The notes beneath the pieces were generated by a model. That model did no database searches. It was not told where the DNA came from and saw nothing but the letters and a program-made list of their open reading frames with translations. Below are positions 40,316 to 52,879 of a stretch of DNA of 64,000 bases, one piece after another (within the stretch, counting starts at the first letter, position 1; the number at the start of each line of letters is the position of its first letter). The DNA is from Lama guanicoe. Its lineage: Eukaryota. Location: positions 310,001 to 374,000 of the forward strand of contig MU055522.1 in the NCBI GenBank assembly GCA_013239625.1. The letters are read 5' to 3'. A program made the translations under genes and the position numbers.

Positions 40316-40390
40316 GTATTCTTTTTTTGCAGATTATCCAAGCCTGAAAGGGTAGGGATAGGGAGGGAATCAAATATAATCAAGACTTTC

Positions 40391-40810
40391 TTAGACTCGG
40401 CCAACTTTAAAAAAGTGAATGCAGTTATTGTTAAGCAAATATGAGTTTATTCAGGAATAGCAGAGGAACTGCAATTCGGGACAAGCAAACTACGGTGAAA
40501 CACAGGCAAGTCCAAGGAGACAAAGGAAAGATTAGCTCATGTTAGGTTCTGGGAGGAAACTGAGGAGGGTTGTTTTGAAAACAAAGATTGTATATTATAA
40601 ATTGACTATACTTCAATTAAAAAAAAGAAATAAGTAAATAAAAGAATAATTAGGAATTTTAAAAAAGTTCATGGAAGGAGAATGAGAGTTCAGGGTCGTG
40701 AGGGTTTCACATTGGTGGCCAGCAATGGGCAGTTGGCAGTTCCTGAGAGCTGCGAGACCTTCTTCCTTCCTGCTGGATTTGCAAGTTAAGACAAGGGGTA
40801 TCTACTTACA
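40391..40810 (-). mobile_element. Probable ERV1-class LTR interrupted by an L1 tail
   Basis: gagtttattcaggaatagcagaggaactgcaattcgggac (reverse AATAAA), cattgg (reverse CCAAT), ends ttaca; family not resolved. Confidence 0.45.
40587..40660 (+). mobile_element. Extremely 5'-truncated L1 3' tail with A-rich tail
   Basis: tattataaattgactatacttcaattaaaaaaaagaaataagtaaataaaag; possible TSD aaaacaaag/aaaaaag. Confidence 0.7.
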
Positions 40811-42002
40811 TTATTGTTCCTTGAATTGTCTCTATTATCATTTTGACATCACACAGTTTTGCACAAATTTCCCTTTGTATGTTAGTCTGTGAAAGGACAG
40901 TAGAGAAAAAAGTAAAGTGTTGAGATTCCAGAAATGCCTGATTCAAGCCTATTTATCAAATCAACATTTATTAAAAGTTAGTTATGCATAAATTATATTT
41001 GCAGCATTGTATATAACAGTGAGTATAAGTTGAATTCATAAATTATCAGAATTGTTTTTCAGTAAGAAAACATATATATTAATATTAAAAAGAATTACAT
41101 TATGTATAGTGTAGTGTGACAATGTAAGGCCATAATAACAAACCAATAATTAATGAAAGTCAACTTTATTATCATAAAAATAGAGAACAAATAGTATAAA
41201 ATCTCTTAAAAGTCCCTTCTCCAAAACATATCTTTAAATCAAAAGTTATACTCAGTTATAAGCACATGTCTCTATCATAACAAAGTAGATAAACATTTCT
41301 TGAAGTTTCTTTTTTATATTGAAAAAGTAATATGTAAGTATCATTTGAAGTAGTATGAAATTAAGAAATATATAGGGAATTAATAAAAATCAACTATAAT
41401 GGAGAAGTCTTTTTAATAATGCAATTAATAAAATAAATATAATTTTTCAGGAATTAAGTATCATTACAATATTTTTAAGAAAATGGAAAAATCAAACACA
41501 TTTTATACTATTTCTTCTTTCTAGGTATTAAAAGTGAAATGGTAATGTGTTTAAATGAATTGCAAAAATACTAAGTGTGGGAATAATAATGGGCAGAATT
41601 TATTTTATTCATTGTAGTCTTTCATGCTTTAGGTACCAAACATTTGCACACATTATCATATTGATCCCAGTTTTTAAGTTAAATTTTAATAGGCTTTAAA
41701 CTTTTTATGAAATACCATCAACACAATCAAACATTTTCTATCCAGTTACTGCCTATTCAATATGCAGATTGTATTTTCTTGTTTATAAGCAGTTGTTCAA
41801 AAATCCTTTCCACTACCTGAAGAGAGCATTATAGAATAAACTAGCAAAGAAGTAAAACAAATTATATATACTCTATTCTGGGTGTGTGGTATTTGCAGAC
41901 TAGTCTGAACGACTTTGGATCAGTCAATTAATACGTGATTGTCTTCTAAAATTGTTGTGGCATGATAAAGATTTGCTCTTAAAATTTAGAGCAGAGAAAT
42001 CA

Positions 42003-42123
42003 GGGGGATGGTATAGCGCAAGTGGTAGAGTACACGCTTAGCATGCATGAGGTTCTGGGTTCAATCCCCAGTACTTCCATTAAAGAAAAATAAATAAATA
42101 AAACTAATCCCCCCCCAAAAAAA
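42003..42123 (+). mobile_element. tRNA-Ala(AGC)-derived camelid SINE (Vic-1-type)
   Basis: gggggatggtatagcgcaagtggtagag...ttagcatgcatgaggttctgggttcaatccccagtacttcca, then (AAAT)n, C-tract and A tail; 17-bp TSD ttagagcagagaaatca (41986-42002) / ttagagcagagaagtta (42124-42140). Confidence 0.9.
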
Positions 42124-42296
42124 TTAGAGCAGAGAAGTTAAACTGATAATTATGCAGATTTTCATTTCAAGGCAGTGAATGCCACAAATATGCATCTATT
42201 GTCAAATCCAAGAAAGTAAAATATTCTTCAGTTTCTCCTGGCATCATTGAAAGCCAATTCATTATGAAGTCTAATTGTATTTAGTCCTTAAATGTA

Positions 42297-42949
42297 CTAG
42301 ATTCTCATATTTTGTAGTAGCTATGTTTTAGAAAATCACCATAAACAATGAAGTAGGGGATACGGAGTCACTGTGCCTGAGAGAAATACAGGATTAGGTT
42401 CCTGTGAGTCTCTGATCACAGTATTTCCATCAGCCAACCAATACAGAACTCTGTGTTATGAGTATCTTTGTTTATAGACACCGTATTTAACACCTATTGT
42501 TGGTTCATTAGCGTAGAACTCACAACCACCTGCACTGTCGCTGATGCCCTCATGAGGAATGTGTGTCTGTGTTTCCTCCATCAGTCTCGTTCCAGCCTTC
42601 CTGAGACTGGGAGCACGAGACAGCACTTCGGCACTATACTTGGGGGCTATTTTACGCAATGAAACCACCAGTGAAAGGCACATGGATACGAAAAGCATGG
42701 CATTGAACAGACTTGAAGAGGAAACCTGTTTCCAGTCCGAGCCCTGCAACAGGGCGGCACAGCTTCCTCTCGCCCAGCGCCAGCCGGGAGCGCGCACGTC
42801 CATGGCCGGAGACTCGAGCTTCTCGCTGTCCTGTGCCTGCGCTTGAATGACTGGGGAAGTGCAGTGAGCTTCGACTTTGGCTTTGCAAATAAATGTTAGC
42901 ACCTAGGCAAATTTGCAAATAGGGAATCTGGAATACTGAGGCTAAACTG
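42297..42949 (-). mobile_element. Full-length MER82 (TcMar-Tigger) non-autonomous transposon
   Basis: ~650 bp, TA on both flanks, decayed TIRs (ctagattctcatatt / atactgaggctaaactg), minus-strand peptide APKYSAEVLSRAPSLRKA...EFYANEPTI. Confidence 0.9.
42456..42651 (-). pseudogene. Tigger/pogo transposase N-terminal (CENP-B-like HTH) remnant inside MER82
   Basis: IAPKYSAEVLSRAPSLRKAGTRLMEE...SDSAGGCEFYANEPTI resembles the remembered MAPKRSAEVLSSVPKRKKAVMCLTEK...SYSAVGREFNVNESTI; initiator Met replaced by Ile. Confidence 0.7.
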
Positions 42950-42959
42950 TATCTTTGGA

Positions 42960-43290
42960 ATTTGTCCAGTTCTCTCCTTTTTCATCCAAGTACCGTTATC
43001 TGCAACAGGTTAATAACTGTCAACTAGTCCACCTGCCACCCAACTTTGCCCATTCTCCAAGCTTAACCAGGGGCATTTTAAACTCGAATTTAATCCTGTT
43101 ACCCTCTGCCTAAATTAAGCTAATAGCTTTTCACTCTTCCTTAGATACGGGGAAAAACCTGAACACAGATGTCAAGGGCCCGCCTGGTCTGGCTCTCCCT
43201 GCCTTCCCCTCCCCACCTGGTCTTCTTTCATTCTCTTCTTGCCATAATTCTTCCTGACATATTCCTTCCTTGTATAGAATTGAGAACTTC
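42960..43290 (+). mobile_element. L2 fragment
   Basis: caactagtccacctgccacccaactttgccc...taatcctgttaccctctgcctaaa...caagggcccgcctggtctggctc. Confidence 0.6.
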
Positions 43291-43974
43291 GCAAACAGAC
43301 CTACAATATGGGTGGAGGTGGATTCGTAACAGCTAAAGTAGTCCAGGGGCCTGTGAGGAGGGTTAGAAAAATAAACTGGCACGTCCCTGCCTTGTTAAGC
43401 AGGAGTCCACGCTCCTGCCTTCCCTGCAAAGGCTGCACTGTGTTTGTGCTCGAAATAGGATTAACATATTGCTGTTGTTGGAACCTATATATAAATGTAG
43501 TTTTAGATACAGAGATAGATATGCATAGCCACATATATGCACACACATGCATGTCATATAACCCCAATTAAACACTTTATATACGTAAAACGGTCCTAGG
43601 GATGCAATTATTTGAAACCGATCACTCCTTAGTATGGATAATGTATTGACTTTTTAATATCAGAGCTTTGTCCTTACAACTCCAAACTCTTTTCAGTTAC
43701 ATTCACACTATGGAAATTGAACTGAGTAATATTTAGCTTATACTGTAGCTGTGTGGATGTTGAGCGACAGGGGCACACTTTGTTTCCACGTTCAGAGCCG
43801 TAACATGTCAGTGTGTTACGCATCATGTCTCTTTGCACCTATGACCTTTCCACTAACACCTATTTTGCCATTAACTTGGGTAAAATTGGAAGCAATATTT
43901 CTTTTCTTTCTCATGAAGACCACATGTAAATGATCCATTGTGTTACATTTCTTTAATACAAAACCTTTAGCTCT

Positions 43975-45340
43975 TTAAAACTTTTGATTTTCAAATAACT
44001 TCAAACTTAGAGAAAAGTCGGAAAAAAATAGTACAAAGAGGTTCCAGACTAATGAATTGTGGAAATTTTTCACAGTTGCCTTTTCCTTTTTGTTACAATT
44101 CCTTTTTACTTTTTTCCGAGCCATTTGAATGCAGTTTGTATATGACCCCTTATCTGCCCTAAATCCTTCAGTGGATATGTCCTAAAAAATGTGTCCAACA
44201 TCATAAACCATCAGGGAGTTGCAAATTAATAGAACAGTAGATACCACCACACACCTACCTCAAGGACCAAAATCCAAAACACTGACAACACCAAATGCTG
44301 GTGAGGATGTGGGGCAATGGCCACACATTCATTCAATGCTGGTGAGAATGCAAAGCAGTACAGCCACTCTAAAGGACAGCTGGGCAATTTCTTACAAAAC
44401 TAAACATACTCATACCATATAATCCAGCTTTCACATTCCTTGATATTTACCCAAATTACTCGAAAATTTACATCTACACAAAAATCTGCACACTAATGTC
44501 TGTAACAGCTTTAGTCCTAGTTGTCTAAACTTGGAAGCAACCAAGATGCCCTTCTGTAGGGGAAAGGATAGATCAATTTTACTACAACCAAACAATGGAG
44601 AATTATTCAGCGTTAAAAAAAAAATGAGCTATCAAGTCCTGAAAAGTTATGGTGGAAAAAATTACACATAATTAAGCCAAAGAAGCCAATCTGAAAAGCC
44701 TGCACACTGTATGCTTCCACAATTCTGAAAAAGGTAAAACAATGGGAAAACAGTAAAAGGATCAGTGGTTGCTGGGGTTCAGGGAAGAGGGAGGGATGAA
44801 CAGGTAGATCACAGAGGACTTTAGGACAGCAAAATAATTTTATATGACCCTATTCTGGTATATACACATCATTATATATTTGTCCGAACTCACAGAATGC
44901 GTAACACCAAGAGTGAACCTGGATGTAGATTATGGACTTCAGGTGAAAATGATGTGTCTGTATAGATTCATTGATCTTAACAACTGTACTACTTCTGGTG
45001 CAGGATGTTGATAATGAAGGAGATGTGGAGACGGGGGATATGGGAAGTCTGCACCTTCCACTCAATTTTGTTGTGCACCTAAAAAGTAACCTATTTTTAA
45101 GTAAATAAGTTCCTACGTAACCAGCGTACAATCATTAAAATCTGGACATTAACATGGATAAGGTGTTGTCATCCAATTTACAAATCTCACTCACATTTTG
45201 CCTGTTGTCCTTTATTCATCCGAGAACCAATTCTGAGTCACATGTTGCATTTAGTTATCATGTGGCATTAGCCTCTTTGTTTCCCTCCCATCAGAAACAG
45301 CCTGCAGCTTTCTAGCGTCTTATATGACCTTGAGGTTGCT
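43975..45340 (-). mobile_element. L1MC4/5-like 3' end, split by an L1MC1-like insertion
   Basis: ttttcaaataacttcaaacttagagaaaagt...ccctaaatccttcagtggatatgtcctaaaaa resumes at ~45110 tcctacgtaaccagcgtacaatcattaaaatc...gttgcatttagttatcatgt. Confidence 0.75.
44190..45108 (+). mobile_element. L1MC1/2-like 3' fragment (ORF2 C-terminus plus 3' UTR)
   Basis: aaaatccaaaacactgacaacaccaaatgctggtgaggatgtgg...ttggaagcaaccaagatgccc...aacaccaagagtgaacc...ctcaattttgttgtgcacctaaaa. Confidence 0.9.
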
Positions 45341-46716
45341 CAGCCAGGGATCCATCCCTCATCCTTCCATGCTCCTCCCACTGTTGGCTCTGACCAAAGC
45401 TATGGGAAAGAAGGAAGGAGAGAGGGAGTGAAAGAAAGAGGAAAGAGAAAAACTTTAAATTATTTTATATGGCTCATATTCTCAATATACCCCTGTAGAT
45501 GGAAAGAAGATATACTCTATCCCAAAATTGATGATTAAAAAAAAGTAAGACTTAGAAAGGTAAACTGAGAAACTAAAACCAAATAGCAAGTTTTAAAATT
45601 AATCTTTACTGTACTGCAACACAGCTGTTGATTGAAAGCAAAGCTAAGTTCTTTTAAATCATTTTTGGAGAAGTTAAAGAACAAGTTTTGAATTGAGCAA
45701 AGCAAATAAAATTTCTAGGAATAAACACAACAAATAGAGCAAAGTTCCAATTTAATTCTGTGTGCACGACCTTTCTGCCTGTTATCTATCTATCCATCTA
45801 TAGATGCAGATATGTATATATATACATATGTGTACAGATACATATATAATATATACATGCCAATTATATGTGCAAACAAGGCAAATGCTGAATACAATAG
45901 GGCAATAAGAAATGATAACAATATGAATGCTCTTTCTTCACTAAAAGCTTATTCTCTACTCATATAAGACAGAATTCAGCAGTGTGAACTAGATTTCTAG
46001 TTTCTTTCTTTCTAGATTATGAACTCGTACAACTGAGATTTTTCCTTTCACTTTTCTTCTTGTAAGCCAAAAGCATTCCAGAAGCATTTTTTTTTTAAAG
46101 GAGCAAAATTTGCAGGTGTGAACACCACAGCAGTTCATCAGAGATTCTCATTTCTAGAAAATATTGAGATGGACTTTTCCCTCAGTATTTTCTTGAAACG
46201 TGCTGCTAAGGCTCTATTGGATATGTTTGCAGAAAAATACATCTGCATAGAGATTGCCTGTTTCCAACACAATGGTAGAAATTGCATGGAAACAGATGAA
46301 AGTGAAATTGTTCTCAAAGAAAGAATCTCTGACTATGTCTCTGTCTCATTAGCAGTTAATAGAAGGGTTGCTATTGACCCGGTCTGCACTCAGGTGAAGA
46401 AAAAAGGAAAGGTATTCTAATTTCCTGTGGCTGCAAGGCTCTTCATAGATTTTATTCAGTCCTTCAGCTGACTCTTCCTTGCACACAAAGCAAATACTGA
46501 GAAGCTATTTGTTTTATTTAAACACATGTTGCTTTTCAAAGAAATACATCTTTGACCTTCATAAAACATTTCCAACCACTTTATTTTTTTCACTAAACAG
46601 TAAGAGATTTATGAAAATGTATGGGCACTACTGATCTGTGGTAACCAGAATGTTTTATTGAATGTAAGTAACCAAGTTATGTGCAAGTACATACGAAACA
46701 GGATTTCCTCAGCTTG

Positions 46717-46880
46717 CAGTGTTTCTCAAACTTCTGTGTATATGAGTCACCTGGGGAGTTTATTGAAGTGCAGATTTCGCTTCCGTAGTTCTGGGGTGGA
46801 GCCCGAGTTTCTGTATTTCCAATAAGCCCCCAGGTGTTACAAACGCTGCCCGACCTTGAACCACATTTTGAGTAGCAAGG
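46717..46880. mobile_element. MER5A1 MITE
   Basis: cagtgtttctcaaactt...gtcacctggggag...tctggggtggagcccgag...accacattttgagtagcaagg. Confidence 0.9.
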
Positions 46881-47795
46881 AAATAGGGAACAGAAGAAAC
46901 AATATCACTGTTTTGGTTTTCATTTACTCAAGAGTTTAAAAAAAAACCCTACCATATTCAATTCCTATTTATACTATAAATGCATCTTCAAATACCCTCT
47001 ATATTGTCTTCTCAGTCTTTGTGGACTAGTTCTACTATTGTAATATCTGAAAGTTTTTCCTTCCTTCCTTTTTTAAAAAAATGTTAAATATATAGCCTTC
47101 CTGGCTTGAACACTGTATGGTCAATGGGAGACTAGACTGCGCTCTTCTCAGGGAAACCCACTATGTATTCAGTAAGCCTCACAACCATGGACATTAAAAA
47201 TCAGATTTTCCTCAAAACATTTCTTTTACTGCATAAAATATTGTTTACTTGCATTCTTTCTATGTTATTTATTTTTCAAAAGACACTACAGCCACTGTGA
47301 TAGGCACGGCACATATTATCACAAATGAAGCGACAAATTGACAAGTGTTATATAGAGCAGAGAAAGTGTGTTCCCCCAAATGCCTGTATACCTGAAGATA
47401 AATCAATGATATCCACTCTAATATTAGAATTGTGAGTGAAAGGATCTGCTTTGGGAAAAACAACAAAAATGATGGCTGATGTACATGCACCGAAATTGTT
47501 GATGCATTTGGACAAAAAAGATAATTAGACTCACAGATTTGTTATTGTGTATGTTTGTAAAGAGTACATCTGTTCATAAAAGAATGGAATGGTGTGTATT
47601 TGCACATCACACTTAACTTTCATAAGACCAGCGTGTGGTGAATATCAAGTCAAATAAAAGGGGAAGTCATTAACTATTTATTAATAACATTATTTGTGCA
47701 TAAGCTCATGTACAAATGAGTTGACATGTATTAATATAACAATACACTTTGATGTCATTAATTAATATTAATTATATAGCTAATGTTAGTTACAC

Positions 47796-47950
47796 ATTTT
47801 TAATTGAGATGAGAATATTTAACGTGAGATTTACCCTCCTAACAAATGTTTAAGTGTGCAGTGCAGTATCGTTAACCAATAGACACAGAGTTTGGTACAG
47901 CAGATGTCCAGAATTTATTCATCTTGCATAATTGAAACTTTATACCCATA
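47796..47950 (-). mobile_element. L1MA9/L1MB-like 3' end
   Basis: atttaacgtgagatttaccctcctaacaaatgtttaagtgtgcagtgcagtatcgttaac...gtacagcagatgtccagaatttattcatcttgcataattgaaactttataccc. Confidence 0.85.
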
Positions 47951-50034
47951 ATTATTAGTTATGTTTTTCTCTTATGATGAACATATTCTTTTTTCTTAAA
48001 AAGGAAACAGATTCTTGGAAGCATAATAGGTTGGTGTGAATGAGTAACAATAAAGTGATTATTGTGGTACGATTCACTGTATTTTCTCAGATATTGTTTC
48101 ATTATTACATAACTGAATTATATAATTTAATGCAATTAGGAATCAGAAAAGCACTGCAATTCTAAAGCTGGCAGAGGAAACGTCTTGGCATTGATGGGAA
48201 AAGTGAATGCAATGTAGAGTTGGATGGTTTTGCAAAACCTCACAGACTTCAACCTTTGCATTGAGCTAGCAAAGTATTCTCTTATTTCATCATCCTGGAA
48301 ATAACTAACTGACCTTAAAAGCAAAAGTTTAAGGAAAATGGCTGTCTCTGACACTTATAACTATTTACATTACTAAGGTGTAATATCCAGAGCGTTATGA
48401 TACTTTTATTTTGCTTTAGATACCACTGTACATTGCAGTTAAAAACATAAAGTAAATATCATGCAAGATTGTACTTAGCACAGTGATATTGAAGACCCGA
48501 GGTCAAATATAAAAATACTATAGATAAAGCTTAGCAGAAAAAAATAAAAGACTTGAGATTTGATGCTTATACTTACATATACATACTTCCTTTCTAAGTT
48601 CCCAAGAAAGAGAAATTAGTATTGGAAAATAAGTAGAGCCTTGGAAAGATGACTTCAGCCATCAACTCATTTTATAAAATATACAAAGCAATTGCAAAGT
48701 AATTTTCATACAGCATTAGCATGACTAGACTGTAAGTAGCTTTAAACATTTAACTCAATTTTAAGCCCCCTTTCTCAATTCCTTGTTAAGTCAAACAGAA
48801 ATTGTAACAAAATTGCACTTTTCTCAACATACTAATTGTTTATTAAAAGGTATGTGAGGTTTGCCCAAAAGATGAGACAAAGTGAGTCACTCAAAAGCTT
48901 GTAGCACTATGAGAGAAACCTGACATTCATCTTCCAAACTACAGGGCATTTAGGCAATATGAGGAACAGAAATGGATGTCTTTTCATAGAAATAACTTCC
49001 TCAGGCTATAAAATTGCAAATTGCTTTGAACTGCCTGTTATACTCAGTAAGGATAATCAAAGTAATATTGCCTGAACTGTGTTCTCATCCACAAAGCATG
49101 CTCTTTAAAAAATAAGAATACTTCTATGTTTTGATAGAATTCTAAATCCCAATTCATGATCATTAAACACTCATCCATCTTGAAAGAACTGGTAAAATAT
49201 ACAGGTGACAGACACCATTTTTAGCGTGAAAAACAGGAAGAGAAAACAAGCCCTAAGAAACAATGAGAAGCAGGCAAGTGAAATTTTATGTTGATCTGAT
49301 GGCTCAGTAAGTCTTTTTCTCATCGAAGGATGTAGCTCTGGTTTCTGAGAGCACTTCTATCCAGCCTTTTAGAGAGAGTCCAGTCATCCAGGGAAAGAGG
49401 GAATGGTTCAAGATTTAAGAAATGGCAAAACAAGTGGAGAGGTGGAGAGCAGCAGCTGGGTTAAGAGAGGAAAAACTTAAACCTTCATGACCTACTGGAA
49501 GAGCCCTGCAAAAACGCATCAGGAAAAATAATGCATTAGGAAGTAACCTGAGTGTACTTCTTTCACGGTAAGCATTCTTAAACTCCCCACTTTCTTTCCT
49601 AACTGCCACAGGTTTACTAAGAGCAGTGGTAAAACTATCTCCATGGATTCTTTTGTCCTCCTCTAATTCCCATCGCGTGGATGACTCAGCCTCTGTCTGT
49701 GAGTTTAGCCAAACTGATTTAGAGACAATGTAATAAAACTCATGTTAGTAATTTAGGCAGCTCAAGATTAATTTATCTTAGTTTCGGGCCTTCTGTGAAA
49801 TTGTGGTCCATTTCCAGGTCTCTGAGAGATAGATTCCCTTCAGGAACGGGGTTTCTCTCTTGCTTCCAGAAGCAGAAACACAAGTTTGATGGTCTTATCT
49901 CTGAGCTGCTTTAGCTTCCTCTTTGGAGCCCTGATCCTAATGGCTGCTAAAGACAAAATCCAAATATATTTTTAAACTTCCTTGATGAGCATCTTATTAT
50001 GAGGTGAAATTTCTACACGTTTTTCTTAAAAATA

Positions 50035-51700
50035 CCCTAAATAAATGAAGGCGTATACCATGTTTATTAGCTGGAAGACCTAATATCATAAAGCTGTAGA
50101 TTTCCCCTGAATACATCTTTGGATTCTATGAAATCTCAATACAAATTCCAAAAGAAAATCTGCTTTGGGTAGAACTCAATAAACAATTTCTAAAATTTGT
50201 GCAGATTCTAAGACAATCTTGAAAAAGAACAAATAAAGAGGGCTTTCTCTACCAGATGCCATGACTTATTGTAAAGCTTTAATGAAAATGACTAGGAAAA
50301 TGTGGTATCAACCCAACAATAAATAAATTAAATAATAAAACATAGGTAAGAGCCCCAAAGCAGATACCTTAGAGAGAAATTTGATTTGGGACAAGTTTGG
50401 CATTAAAGATCAATGAAAAAAGGAAGGTGTTTTCAATATATGAGTCTGGGCTCACTCAGTATGCACATGTTTTTAAAAAATACACTTGTCTCACCTCTCA
50501 CCATATCCAAAAATAAATTATGGAGACATAAATGTGAAAGACAAAACAATTAAAATTTTAGTAAGTCATTTAGGAAAGTATCTACAAAATCTCAAGTAAA
50601 ACAAAGTTATCTTTAAAAGTATTCAGAAAGCTCTACCCACAGAGAAAATTAATAATGTATTTTACTACATTTTAATTAAGAACATCTGTTCATCTAAAAA
50701 CATCACAGTTGTTGTTCACAAAATAAAAAACCCACAAAATAGAAGATCTTTTTCATACATATACAGAATAGGAGAAAGTCTTTGTGATTCAAATAACCAA
50801 CAAAGGGTTTATAAACAATAACAAATAACAAACAAGAAAATCTCCTACAAATCACTAAGAAAAAATCTGACAACCAATAGAAAAATGGGGAAGTGACAAC
50901 ACCAGGAATATAATAATAGATTAATTGTAAGTGGCTACTAAACATATGAAATGATCATTTGTTTACTGCATCAGTTGTCAGGGAAATATGAATTAAAACC
51001 ATAGAGAGATACCATTACTCATCCACAAAATGTCTTAAAAATAAAAAGAATGATAGCATCAAGAACAGGCAATGATTTGGAAAAACATAAATCTTCCATA
51101 CATTGTGAGCAAAATTGTAAATTTGTGTAACCATTTTGGAAAACAGGACCCACTAAGCTTATCTGTAAAAACTGGAGAAATGTACAGCCATTACCCACTA
51201 ACGCCACTCAGCAGCATAGACCTGAGAGAAGCGCATGGACAGAGGCATCAGATGTATAAGAATTAGCAGAGCAGTGTCATTCATCGTATCCAAGGAAAAG
51301 AAGCTCCCCAGGTATCCATCAGCAGAAGACCTGATAAATAAATGATGGTTCATTCATTCAGTGGAATAAAAAGAGCAATCAAATAGTTAATGTATTGTGG
51401 ATGAATCTCACCAGCCTAATATTAGTTAAGAAGTCAGATAGGGAAGAACACGTATAATATAATTACTTTTTTTAAATGTTCAAAAAATGACAAAACGGGA
51501 CTAGTGGTGTAGACCAGGCAGTAATGACTCGATAACTTGGAATAAAACCTTTAGGAAGGTGATTGGGCAGATGCCCACACAGGCTTCAAGGGTGCTGGCA
51601 AAGCCTTATTTCTTGAACTGTATAACAGAAATAATGTGCTTATGTAAATCTCTAATACTTTAAAATTAACATAACAAATAAAATCTACAGTCAATTTAAA
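50035..51700 (+). mobile_element. L1ME-type LINE, degenerate ORF2 3' half plus 3' UTR
   Basis: cctaaataaatgaaggcgtataccatg...ggaagacctaatat...aagacaatcttgaaaaagaacaa...gtcagggaaatatgaattaaaacc...tggatgaatctca. Confidence 0.85.
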
Positions 51701-51809
51701 GAAAATATACGTTTCAGATTTTGAGATAATGATACTTACTAAACATAAGGAGTAAAATTTCATTGGTAATGCACCTGCGTTACCTCTGCGAGCTCCTAAC
51801 TGCCCTCCT

Positions 51810-51960
51810 AGGTTGTATGTCTGTCTTGTCTATTCTCTGTGCTGCATAGGAGGCAATTTCCTCAGATCCAGATGCCATTTTGTCAGTTTCCTCTTTACAC
51901 ATGCATAAATGCATTCTCATCATTGTAATTTTTAAAAAATGACATAAAAACATTTATTTG
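51810..51960 (-). mobile_element. Old L1ME 5'/HAL1-like fragment
   Basis: tctctgtgctgcataggaggcaatttcctcagatccag...tcagtttcctcttt. Confidence 0.4.
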
Positions 51961-52879
51961 TTGAAGCAGATCATACTTTATTTAAAATACTGCATTTTCA
52001 TAGCTTTTGTATTAATCCCTAATCTCTATACACATTTCAAATTTCCATAAGATAAATAATTCTTATTTATATGCAAATTGACTTTCATATTTATATTTTA
52101 ATGTCCAGAAAATAAGAAAGATATATATTGCTGATATATGTTTAATAACTACTTGATAATTTGAAAGTATATTTTTAACACATATCTAGCCTGCATGAAA
52201 TTTGATGCTATAAGTAAAGTAAAATAATTATACCAACTAAAAGAGAAACATTAAAAATATTTAGAGCTCTGACATTTAAATTACAAGTCTCCCCCAGGGT
52301 GCAAACAGGCAAACTCAAGATTTTCAAATGCATTAATAATGAAAGAAAACATGGTAGAGATACTCTCTTTCAACACACTCATGCAGGATGAAACGTTTCT
52401 GTAACAAAACTGTATAAATTTGGATTTTATACTTTACTCATTCAAATACATTTCTCATTTTTTTTATAAAACCCCTAAATAAAGAATTTCTATTACATTA
52501 TTGAGAAAATAGTATACACAGTCTTATCTCTGTGTTTTGGTATAGAATGTAAACGTATTTGATTATATTTTGTTAAATGAACACATAAATTAAAAACAGA
52601 ATAATTAAATATGTCTTATTTGTAAAGAAAAATTCATATAATATTTTGAAGGCATAAAGACCTCAAGAAAAACATTATTTATTTATTAAACAGATATAAT
52701 CAACTTAGGTGACAGGTGCTGAAGTACCATGTTCAGTGAATTAGGCAGTTCCTTCCCATGTAGTTTGTCACTTGTTAGGGAGATAGAGTAGGCAAAGGAT
52801 CATACAATTAAATGTAAATTTTTAACTGTGACAAATATTAAAAGAAGGAAGTTAAGGATGGGGGGCGGGGTCAGTGGGC

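Noticed and set aside
42003-42079. tRNA-Ala(AGC) gene
   Set aside because: Acceptor, D and anticodon stems are mismatched, and it has an (AAAT)n/A tail and 17-bp TSDs, so it is a SINE
44219-44422. ORF with L1-like peptide
   Set aside because: Frameshifted L1 ORF2 C-terminal remnant, not a gene
46118-46420. 100-aa ORF with nearby AG/GT sites as a coding exon
   Set aside because: GTG start, poor polypyrimidine tract at the nearest acceptor and no recognisable protein; this length is expected by chance in 64 kb
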